Shown here: positions 34,249 to 45,540 of the stretch, in pieces
Layout: each line of letters opens with the position of its first letter
How positions within the stretch are numbered: the first letter of the stretch is position 1
Source of the DNA: Phyllosticta citribraziliensis
Lineage: Eukaryota
NCBI RefSeq assembly: GCF_038025025.1
Contig: NW_027117343.1
Location: forward strand, 1,674,001 to 1,738,000
Direction of reading: 5' to 3'
Length of the DNA: 64,000 nt
Notes under the pieces: model-generated
What the model was told of the DNA's origin: nothing
The model's input: only the letters and a program-made list of their open reading frames with translations
The model's database searches: none
Translations under genes and position numbers: made by a program

Positions 34249-35774
34249 GGTGTCGAGGAAGTTGAAAGTCTGTCGGTCGTGACCATCCTGGAGATTGGGC
34301 CGGCTTGCTGCGCGATGCGCCGAAGACCTGACGCGGCTTCGTTGGAGACAGATGCGCACCGAGATAGATGTGGGGTGGCCGTAGGTGGGTTGGACATGGG
34401 GGTGAGGCTCGGGCCGACGCGACTTTTGGGAACGAGCTGTGCTTTCACATGGAGCGGAACCTGTTTGCTGAAAAATAGAGATGATTTGAAAGGCAGCCCG
34501 TACTGGGTATTTGAGAGCCGTAGAAGGCACGTGGGTGGGGTACGATCAAGCGGCGAATATGATGCAAAGACTCGCCGGATGTTTTCGCAGCAAGGCGGTC
34601 GTCCAAGGTCTGTCGACCCGGGTAGGGCGGCTCATACATTCTCTCGTGGACATAGGCATCAGCCCAGACTGCTTTCCAGATATTCCGACGCCAAATTGTG
34701 GAGGCAATGGCTCAGCGCTTGTCCATTGGGACGATTGTAGCATGGCGGTCCTAGGCGACGGTGTTGTGCGCAGAGACTTGTTCCGACCGTCGCTCGGAAG
34801 CCCAACCCAAGCGTTTGTACCAAGCCAGAGGTGGAAGCAACCATATACTCCAGGAGCGCGAGGCATGTGTCCTACGCTGCGAACAGTTCAGGTTGTGGGT
34901 ACGAGAGGGCCAGCAGTTGAGGCGCCAACAGTTTTCATTCGGATGGGTGGGAATTCATGGACACGGATCGCGCGCCATTATGTGGAAGGTCATCAGGAGG
35001 GTTTGAAGAGGTATCGAGGCATTGTTGCGATGGAAAGGGCATCGGCGTGAAGCTGTTGAATTCCAGGACATTAGCGAAATCATGGAGTAAGGACCGGAAG
35101 ATGTTTCGCACTAAGTACTAATCACCGCAATCCAGGGCGTATCGTCGAAATAGACAAAGATAGATGATGGATACTAGGTTGATTAATTAATTAATTCATT
35201 TATACTCTATTCTAAACCTTAGCTATAGGCCTAGTTATATAGGCTAAACTAGATTAGGTAATTACTATATTATAAATAGAGTACTAGATAAGATCTTTCC
35301 TAGCTATATAGGGCTAGTTAGATAATACCTAGTACTTTAAGAAAATAGAGAAAATAAAGGAAAAAGTTAGTCTATTTAGATAAGGCCTTTATAGCTAGTC
35401 TTAATAGATAAGTTAAGTAAGGCTTCTATCTCTTTTTTAATAGATTTATATCTATTTTTCTTTTTCTTCTCTTCTTCCTCCTCTTACTCCTTCTCCTACT
35501 TAATTTCTTAGAAGAACCTATAGTAGTAAGAGATACTACTATCTAGGCCTTTAAATACTCTTCTTATTAGATAGTATAGTCCCTTTAAGGCCTAGTATAG
35601 GCTTAAATAGAAAGTAAGTACTAGATATATTAAGATTCTAAAAAGAATTATAGCTAGTAAGTAGTCTATACTAATATAACTAGAGAAGTTATTATAGTAA
35701 GAGACTATTTATTTATTATTAAATAGAAGATAGTCTCTTTCTTTATACTAAATAGAAATTAGGTTCTTAATAGC

Positions 35775-36197
35775 TATTATAATAGGTATATATACGCCTA
35801 TATAAGTACTAGGGCTAGTATAGATAAACCTAGTATTATATAGTTATAGGAAGTATAAGCTTTACCTTAGGTAGTAGCCTACTATAGCTTAGGCTAAAAC
35901 CTATAGGCTAGTACTAGCTACTATAGCCTAGTACTAGCTACTATAGCCCTAGATAGATACTATATAATAGCCTATTAATACCTTACCTTTATAACTTACC
36001 TAATAATAACTAAGGACCCTTATATAAAGGATAAGAGGTAGAATAGTATAAAGAAAGAACTAGAAAATATATAAATAGTAAGTATCTTTTATATTTTATT
36101 CTTTTAACTTATTAGATTTAATTAAGATATATATATATTCTCTAGTAGTTTACTTTTAGCCCTTACCTATATAATAAGAAATCTATAAGTTATAATA
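35775..36197 (+). repeat. 5' LTR
   Basis: Near-identical to 42830-43252 and 44025-44447. Termini TATTA..TAATA are RIPped TGTTA..TAACA. Contains an internal 20-bp tandem duplication. Confidence 0.93.
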
Positions 36198-39100
36198 GAT
36201 ATAAAAGATTATTCTAAGTTTTAGCTCTATTCTACTTCTTTACTTATAAAGGTATTATAATATTTAACCTAAGTAATATTATATATAGCTATAGTCTTAT
36301 ATAAGACTACTTATTACTTTTCCCTAGTAAACCTAAGTTATCTTTATTAGGCGTATTAGTATTATCTAAGGACTAAGGAGTATTAAGTATATATTAACTA
36401 TAGAAGTCTTTAGTTAAGGCTATAAAGTAGTATATAAATATCTAGAAGGCATCCTATCTATAACCTACTTAAGGGATATTCTAAGTAGAAGACTATAAAG
36501 ATAGTATAGCTAAGAATAAAGCTAATATATCTAGTACTACTAAAGGTATTAGTACTAGTTAATTAACCTAATAAGATTTATATAAAGGAACTAAAGATTT
36601 ATATAATACTAGATACTTATTAAATAATAATAAGAGAGGACCTACTTCTATTTTCCTATATAATTTCTACTTAGTCCTAGTAGTAGAGGTAAAAGAATAT
36701 ACCTAAGACCTAGAGTTAACTTATACTATTTAAGCTCTAGTTATAGAGGCGTTTATAAAGGTACTATACTTAGATATTAATTAATTTAAATCTAAAATTA
36801 TATCCTTAAATAAGTCTTAAGTATAGTAGTAACTAAACTATATATAAAGGTAGAACTAGGCTCTTAAGTAAATATTCTTAAACTATACTAATAGACTAAG
36901 AGAAGCCTTAAGGGAAGGATATATTAGGCCCTTTTTATTAGCTTAGTACCTAAAACCTATTACCCTCTCTTAAGATCCTTCTACTAGTAGAGTTATAAGG
37001 ACTCTTAGACCTCCTCCTAACTATATAAGAAAAACTACTACTAAAACCTCTACTTTATCTTTAAGTAGTAAGAAATATTAAAGTAGTAAGGTTCCTAATC
37101 TTCCTCTTCTTACTAATAGAGAAGACCCCTTATATAAATACTAGACCCTCCTTATATAAAATAAAATTAAATAAAACTATAATTACTTTACTAAAGATAT
37201 AGTAGAAGAGACTAAATAGAATATTATAGGTTATATTATTTCCTATATTAGTAGAGAAGTCTTATATTACCTAACTCCTTTCCTTACTTCTTATATAAAG
37301 GCTAATAAAGTTACTCTAAATAAGGATATCTTTAAATTTCTAAATAACCTCCTTTAGAGTCTATATAAATATAAGGATATAAAGAAGTAGTTATACTCTT
37401 TTATATACTATATCTCTATAGACCTTTAGAAGTTTTAATTAAACTTTATATAATTAGCCTTAAATATAGATCTTCTCTAGGAATAGTAGAAAGAGGACTT
37501 TTATAATATAATAGATCCTCTCCTTTAAACCTATATAGTTACTATAGAGTAAGATAGGGATATTAACTTTTATAAGTACTTCTAATAAGCCTACCCTATT
37601 ACTTAAAGTCTTAGTAACTACTATTCTAACTATAGAAAACTAATACTTATATTATATAAGGAATAAGTAAAGAAGAGATAATAAGAATAAGTAAAGATAA
37701 CTATCTTAAATAGTATAAGTACTTTATCTTCTAGTTATATCTAGGTATAATCTATATCTAGGGCTCCCTTATATAATATAACCTATAAAGGTAAAGTAGA
37801 AGTCTATATAGAGATTAGACTATATAATTACTATAGCTAGTTTAGCTATTTATAGAGATAATACCTATAACTAGAGATAAAGGTAATAGAGTTAGTTAAA
37901 GAAGAAAGTACTAAAGATATCTATATAAATAAAGGAGATTAGTCTTTATTAGAAAATAATAAGACCTAGGTAAAGTCTCCTACTATAGGTCTAAACTTAG
38001 AGTAATATATATTAAGGGTTCTTATATAAATCTTAGTTACTTTATTAGAGGTATACCCTTTACTATATAAACCTTAATTATATCTAATAGCTATACCTTA
38101 GAAATTTATACCCTAGCTAATACTAGTACTAGTAGTATAAGTTTTATTTACCCTAAGTTACTACTAACTCTCTAGTCTATAGGTACTATAAAAAAGAGAA
38201 TAATAGGTAAAGGGCTTAATATTACTAGGTTTAACTAATATATAAATAAGAAAGTTAATTTTTACTTTTATCTTTAACTCTACTTCTAGGATTAAATAGT
38301 TTCTACTTATACTTTTATTTATAATATTAGCTATAATAATATAATTCTTAGGTAATAGTTTTTTAACTAGTATAATATTCTTCTAGACTATAAATAATAT
38401 AAACTAGTCTAGAAATAGCTACTAGTTAACTAATCCTTTTAGTATCTTTTATACCTACTAAAAGTCTCTATATAAAGTAATAAACTATAGAAAGAATATT
38501 AAGTAGATATAAACTATAAAGATAAAAACTTTAATAAATACCTTCTTCTCTTAGTATAGGTTATTAAGGGAATTAAATTTTAAACTTAAGATACTTTTAA
38601 GCTTTCTATCTATAAAATATAAGTTATACTAATAGAGATCTATACTATTAACCTTATATAAGTTTAAGTAGCTCTTAAAGATAAAGAAACTAAGGAATTA
38701 TTAGCTTCTAAGCTACTAGCTACTTATAAGGAATTTTAAGATGTATTTTCTAAAATAGAGTCTAATAAGCTACTACTATATTATATAGGAGTTAATTATA
38801 AAATATCTCTTATATATAATAGTCTACTAGAGCTTCTATCTAGCCCTCTCTATAGAATATCTCTAGAATAGCTTAAGGCTATAAAAGAGTATATTATTAA
38901 GAATATTTAGAAAGGCTTTATTACTAAAAGCTTTACTACCTATACTTCTCCTATTCTAGTAGTAAAAAAGCCTAGTAGGGGATGGAGATTTTATATAGAC
39001 TACTAATAGCTTAATAAATAAACTACTAAGGATTTATACCCCCTCCCTCTTATTATAGAGTTACTTTAGTATATTAGAAAGGGTAAGATTTATACTAAGC

Positions 39101-41789
39101 TTAATATTTAATAAGCTTTCTACTATATCTATCTTACTAAGGATTCTAAAGATAAAACTACTTTCTATATAAGATATAGGTTATTTAAATACTATATCTT
39201 ACCTTTTAAATTAAGTAATAGACTAGTAGCCTTTTAATATTTTATTAACTAGGTTCTCTTTAAGTATTTAGATAATTTTATTATAGCTTTTATAGATAAT
39301 ATACTTATTATCTCTAAAGACCCTATAGAGTATAAGGAATAAGTAAAAAAAGTACTAGTAAGACTATAAAAAGTAGGACTATAGGTAGATTTAAAGAAGA
39401 ATAAGTTTTTAGTTACTTATATAAAGTTCCTTAGATATATTATTTCTATAGAAGGTATTTAGATAGACCTAGATAAAGTAGAACTTATATAAAACTAGCT
39501 AATACTAAAAACCCTTAAAGCTCTTTAATTCTTCCTAGGTTTCTATAATTTCTACTAATAATTTCTCCCTAACTATAGATAAATTAGCTAACTATTAGAG
39601 AAACTATACTCTAAGGTAAAATAGTAATAACTAGGACCCCTAAAAGAAGAGGTAATTTAATAACTTAAGAAGCTAATATATAGTAATATACTCCTAGCTA
39701 ACTATAACTCTACTCTTAATACTTATATAGAGACTAATATAAGTAATAGAGTTACTATAGGCATTTTAATATAGCTCTAATAACCTTTATATAATTAGAA
39801 ACTAGTAGCCTTCTACTCTAAGGTAATAGCTAATATAGAACTTTATTATAGAATTTTAGATAAAGAACTACTAGCTATTAAGAATAGACTAGAAGAATAG
39901 AGACTAATACTTATTAGCCTTAAAAAACCTTTTCTTATAATTATAGACTATTAGGTATTAGAGTACTACTCTACTAAATAATAACTTAATTAATAATAAG
40001 CTAGATAGTCTAAGTTTTTTATAGAATTCTATATATAATTCTCTTATTAACTAGGAAAGGAAAATATTATTACTAATTATCTTACTTAAAAATAAGAAGA
40101 CCTAAAGACTTAGAAAGAAAAAGTAAAAGCTATATAAGAGATATATCTTATCCTATTAAAGACTATTATCTCTCTTTCTATTTTAGAATAAGAACTTCCT
40201 CTTCTAGTATTATTTTTAGATAAACTCCTCTATATAAACTAAGAAGATTTTAAATTAGAACTCTAAAGATAGAAAGCCCTCTTAAAGGACCTTAAATAAA
40301 GAAATAGTTAGAAACTAAAAGATAGTCTTTTACTATAATATAGTATACTCTTTATACTAGATTATAATAACCTCTATATAAGAATACTTAATACTTTATA
40401 TACTATCTATATAACTACCTATCTTAGTATTATAAAGATATAAAAACTCCTTAAGTAATATTATTATTAGCTAGCTATAAATTGCACGATTAATATTTAT
40501 AGGTAAGGATACTATATTTACTACTAAATAAAAGAGTTTTATAATAAAGACCTAGGCCTTTTATAACCCCTAGAGATTCCTACTTAACCCTAGTAATACC
40601 TAGCTATAGATTTTAAAGAGATGCCTAAAGACTAAAAAGGCTATAATATAATTTTAGTTATTATAGACTAGTTAAGTTAAAGAACCTTTAGCTTACCTTA
40701 TATAAAGAAGATTAATACTAAAGGAGTCTCTAGGCTCTTTTATAAATATATCTACTATATTTATAGAAACCCTAAGTCTATCCTATCTAACTAAGGCCCT
40801 TAGTTTATCTTAGTATTTATAAATAAACTATATAAGCTAACTAGTATAGAGTAGTATTTTAACTTATCCTACTACTCTTAGACTAATAGTATTATAGAGA
40901 TTATTAATTAGCATCTTATATAAAGATTAAGACCTTTTATTAATTACTTTTAGAATAATTAGTCTAATCTTCTACTATTAATAGACCTTATATAAGTAAT
41001 ACTTCTCTATAAAGCTACTAGACTTTTACCTTTTAAGATTAAGTTAGGATATTCCCCTTAATTATACTATAACTAGTAATAAAGAACTAAAACCCCCTAG
41101 TAACTAGAGAAAATAGCTTATATAGTAGTATAAATACTATAAAAAAGAAGATAAGAAGCTTTTAAATTTATAAAGAAACTTATTCTTAAATCCTAAAAGT
41201 ATATATACTAATAAGCTAATAAATACTATTATATACTAGACTTTATAGTTAGAGATTATATCTATATTAAGAAAATAGGATAGTCTACTAATTAGCTAAA
41301 CCTTAAATTAGACTTTCCTAATACTAGACCTTTTAAGATTATAGAAATAGAAGGACCCTTCTATATCCTTAATCTTCTCTTATATATAAAGATAGTTAAC
41401 CTTTTCTATACTAATAGGCTATATAAGGCTAAAATAGAATAGCTTCCTAGTTAGGAATATACTAAACCTAAACCTAAGATTATTTAAGATAAGCCTAAGT
41501 AGGAAGTAGACTATATTTAAGCTAGTTAAGTCTTATATAGGAAGCTTTAATACTAAGTTAAATAGACTAGATATAACTAAGATAACTAGTAGTATAATAT
41601 AAGTTCTTTTAGTAGTATACTATAGAAAATTAAAGAATTCTACTTATTATACCCTACTATAGTAGGACTACTAAAAAATCTAGAAAAATAGAAGACTACC
41701 TTCCTCTAAGAAGAACTATAGATTAAAATAGAAAGTAATAATAAAATAAGTTACTTAGGCCTATAGTAAATATTATAAAGATATAGAAA

Positions 41790-43950
41790 GTAGACTAATT
41801 AGTTTACTATTTACCCTTATATAAATACTATTAATCTTAACTTTTACTCTCTAGTCTCTCTTTTTTACTACTTATCCCCTACTTCCCTCTTTTTTACTTT
41901 TTACCCTTTACTTCTATCCTTTTCCCTTCTTCTTATTATAACTATTATTATATAAGATAGTCTCCTCTAGATCCTTTAACTTATTAGGTAGGATGTCCTA
42001 CTTAGCTAAAGCCTAATTAGTTTAATCCTCTATCCTAGCTTAATAGTATAAGTTCTAGAACTCCTTTATATAAATTTTATCTTTACGCCTCTTATAATAA
42101 GTAGGTAGCTTAGTACCCTTTAAGTTACTAATAGTATAGTCTAAGTTACCTATACCTTAAAGGTAGTTAGCGCAGCGGCCCTATAAGAAACTAGGTAGGT
42201 AGTAATAACTAATAAATATATAAGTATTAGTATTATTATAATACTTAGTACAGCTAATAGGGTTATTAATTCTAGTATACTAGATAAGAAAAGTATTATA
42301 TAAGCTAGCTTAAGTTTTAACTAATAAGTAGTTAAATTACTAAGTAGAAACTATAATATATAAGTAAGGTATACTATTATCTAAGACTAAGATATATTTA
42401 GCGCGCTCTTATACTTTAGAACTACTAAGGTATACCTATATAGTTAGTTAGATAAGAATCCCTTATATTAGTAAGATAAACTTACTTATATAATACTCTC
42501 TATATTCTTATAAGGAATATAAAGTATTAACTTAAAGTCCTACTTAATAGGTACCTTATTAGAGCTAACTAGTAATGCTATAATATAAATCTTACTATTA
42601 CTGCTATTATATAAAGTAGTAGGTAGTAAGTACTTAGCTACTAGAACCTAATAAGCTATAGGATTATAATAATAGTATATATAAATAGGCTCTTTACCTT
42701 CTTCCTCTAAAATAGGCTATATAATAGTAAACTAGTAGTAATACGGTATAATATACTAGTTAGTAGCAGGCTATATAGCTATAGATAATAAACCTTATAT
42801 AATAACTAATAATACTAATTAAGTAGAACTATTATAATAGGCGTACACGTGCCTATATAAGTACTAGGGCTAGTATAGATAAACCTAGTATTATATAGTT
42901 ATAAGAAGTATAAGCCTCACCTTAGGTAGCAGCCTACTATAGCTTAGGCTAAAACCTATAGGCTAGTACTAGCTACTATAGCCTAGTACTAGCTACTATA
43001 GCCCTAGGTAGATACTATATAACAGCCTATTAATACCTTACCTTTATAACTTACCTAATAATAACTAAGGACCCTTATATAAAGGATAAGAGGTAGAATA
43101 GTATAAAGGAAGGACTAGGAAATATATAGATAGTAAGTATCTTTTATATTTTATTCTTTTAACTTATTAGATTTAATTAAGATATATATATATTTTCTAG
43201 TAGTTTACCTTTAGCCCTTACCTATATAATAAGAAATCTGCAAGTCGTAATAAGAACCTAATACTGTAGTATACTATAGGTAAAGTAATAAGCCTATAGC
43301 TATTCCTAGCTAAATAAGTAAAGCCTAGCCTAACTAAGTCTTTATATAAGTATCCTCCTCTATAATTATATTAGTTAGTAAGACAGGATGATAAAGTAGT
43401 AAAACCTAGATATATAATACTACTTAATAGCCTAGATAATAATTAGTAATAGTCTAAAGAGATAGAATTAAAGTTTACTTATCTTAGAACTCTATATAAT
43501 AGTCCTTATAGATACTGCTAGCTAAAATAGCTCTCTAAGTAAGTAGTAACTATAATAGATTATAAATAATGCTATATAATAATAACTTAATACTATAACT
43601 CTTATATAATAGTAATAAGTCCTAATAGACTAGACTATAATAAGCAGCAGATATATTAAGTATATAGTAGCTAGGAATATCTACTTTACTATTAGTAGTA
43701 TAAATTATTTAAATTATTAGAACCTTTATATATAATAGTTAGTTTACTAGATTATGGCTAAATTAGACTAGGGTAATAATATACTTTAATAGGGAGCTTT
43801 AGATATAGCTAAGTAAGATAGTAACCTTCTATAGGTTATATAGTAAAAGAGATAGTAATAGAAAGAGATAGTATAGTAGTAGATCTAGACTAATAATTAT
43901 ACTTTATAACTATATAGAATACTTAAATTACTAAATTACCACTATTATAT
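41790..43950 (-). pseudogene. RIP-degraded antisense extra ORF of the Gypsy element with a DUF3716-like Cys-rich motif, interrupted by the solo LTR
   Basis: Minus frame 42300-42121 reads NTFLI*YTR..SCTKY..FISYYYLPSFL*GRCANYL*GIGNLDYT. Reversing C->T/G->A gives NAxLIQxxG..CxxC-x11-C-x10-CxxC-x8-C. ORF ends are approximate. Confidence 0.6.
42830..43252 (+). mobile_element. Solo LTR of the same family nested inside the element
   Basis: Third 423-bp LTR copy flanked by its own TSD AGAAC (42825-42829 and 43253-43257). Confidence 0.92.
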
Positions 43951-44024
43951 ATTATAAGTCTGCACCTATATAAGTACCTATAGCTACTAATTCCTATAAT
44001 TTTAGCTTCTCTTTAGGGGGGGCA

Positions 44025-44447
44025 TATTATAATAGGCGTATATATACCTATATAAGTACTAGGGCCAGTATAGATAAACCTAGTATTATATAGTTATAAG
44101 AAGTATAAGCCTCACCTTAGGTAGTAGCCTACTATAGCTCAGGCTAAAACCTACAGGCTAGTACTAGCTACTATAGCCTAGTACTAGCTACTATAGCCCT
44201 AGGTAGATACTATATAACAGCCTATTAATACCTTACCTTTATAACTTACCTAATAATAACTAAGGACCCTTATATAAAGGATAAGAGGTAGAATAGTATA
44301 AAGGAAGGACTAGGAAATATATAGGTAGTAAGTATCTTTTATATTTTATTCTTTTAACTTATTAGATTTAATTAAGATATATATATATTCTCTAGTAGTT
44401 TACCTTTAGCCCTTACCTATATAATAAGAAATCTATAAGTCGTAATA
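44025..44447 (+). repeat. 3' LTR
   Basis: Preceded by the G-run PPT (44015-44022) and followed by TSD ATAGC. Confidence 0.93.
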
Positions 44448-45540
44448 ATAGCCCTCTAGAGCTAGTACTTAAATAATACTAAGATAGTATTATAGTATAG
44501 GATCTAGTAGATCTAGTAGAGGATAAGAGAGTTACTAAACTCCCTATTAAGAAATTTATATTTATAGACTATATAGGTAAATATATAGTCCTTTTAAATA
44601 TAGTAGTTAAGATAGTTTATCTTCTAGTATTAGTATCTAAAGAATAAAGGGGCTATATTATTAATTTATTAAATATAGTAGTAGTCTAGTTAAGTAAAGG
44701 CCTAAGGTATAAGAACCTTATAGTTATAGATATAGTCTATAGAGGAGTTATAGTTATAGTAGTTATATACTCTATTATTAAAGGCCTAGTAGATACTTCT
44801 ATAGCTAGAGGCCTTAAGAAAGGTACTACTAATAGAGTTTAAACTAGAAAAATAGAACTTTTTAAATAGAGAGGGTATATAAAGAATAAGGGCTTCTATA
44901 TATTAATATTCTATAGTATCTAGGTTATTATATATCTCTTATTAATAGTAGGAGACTATTACTCCTAGGAGAGAGGTATAATAGGAATTCTAGATCTATC
45001 TAGAGCTATATCTTTATTTAATAGTAAGGTCTTAGATATATATAGCCTCTTAAGGTAGCTACTAGGGGGTAAGTTTATAGTTAAAGAGCTAGGAGATATA
45101 GTAGAGTTCTATATTAAAAGAAGTAAAGAAGGTAGAAAGGAGCTTAAATAATATTTAATAGTCTTAATTAAGAGTAGTATTTTAAAAAATACTAAAAAAA
45201 GAGTAGAAGTTATAGTCTATTCTTTAAAGATTATTATATAAGAGTTTAGGTAGCTACTTAAAGACCTCTTTATAGGTAACTACTACTAGCCTCTAGAGGT
45301 TATCTAGCTAGAGGTAGTTAGTATAGCCTAGAAAAGACTTATTAAAGCTATAAGGGGTATTATAAATAGTCTTATTTAAATAGATACTAGTAATAAGAGT
45401 AAGGGGCTAAATAGATTAGATATTAAAATAAGAGTAGTATATCTTAGTAGTTATAATAGTAGTCTTTATAGGTTACTAGTAGATAAGAAGAGATTATAAG
45501 TAAGAAGAGTAGTACCTCTTTTTTAAAATCTCTCCTTATC

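Larger units (their letters stand above)
35775..44447 (+). mobile_element. Full-length RIP-inactivated Ty3/Gypsy chromovirus LTR retrotransposon
   Basis: 423-bp LTRs at 35775-36197 and 44025-44447, TSD ATAGC (35770-35774 and 44448-44452), and a G-rich PPT before the 3' LTR. De-RIPped domains in order: gag CCHC ~37820, protease ALADTGAS ~38115, RT (SPILVVKKP..GWRF..DY ~38945; F(I/V)DDIL ~39290), RNase H ~39730-40080, integrase ~40400-41100, chromodomain (WEVD.I..YQVKW.GY) ~41500-41600. Confidence 0.93.

Noticed and set aside
34249..34530. N-terminal extension of the Zn2Cys6 ORF to 636 aa
   Set aside because: Starts at a non-ATG codon in the track; the ATG at 34248 places the zinc cluster at the usual N-terminal position.
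1..35160. tRNA or rRNA genes
   Set aside because: No cloverleaf, A/B-box or rRNA-like sequence recognised by eye; a tRNAscan-SE run would be needed to exclude them.
36198..36220. tRNA primer-binding site after the 5' LTR
   Set aside because: No recognisable TGG-initiated PBS, and RIP prevents deciding between tRNA priming and self-priming.
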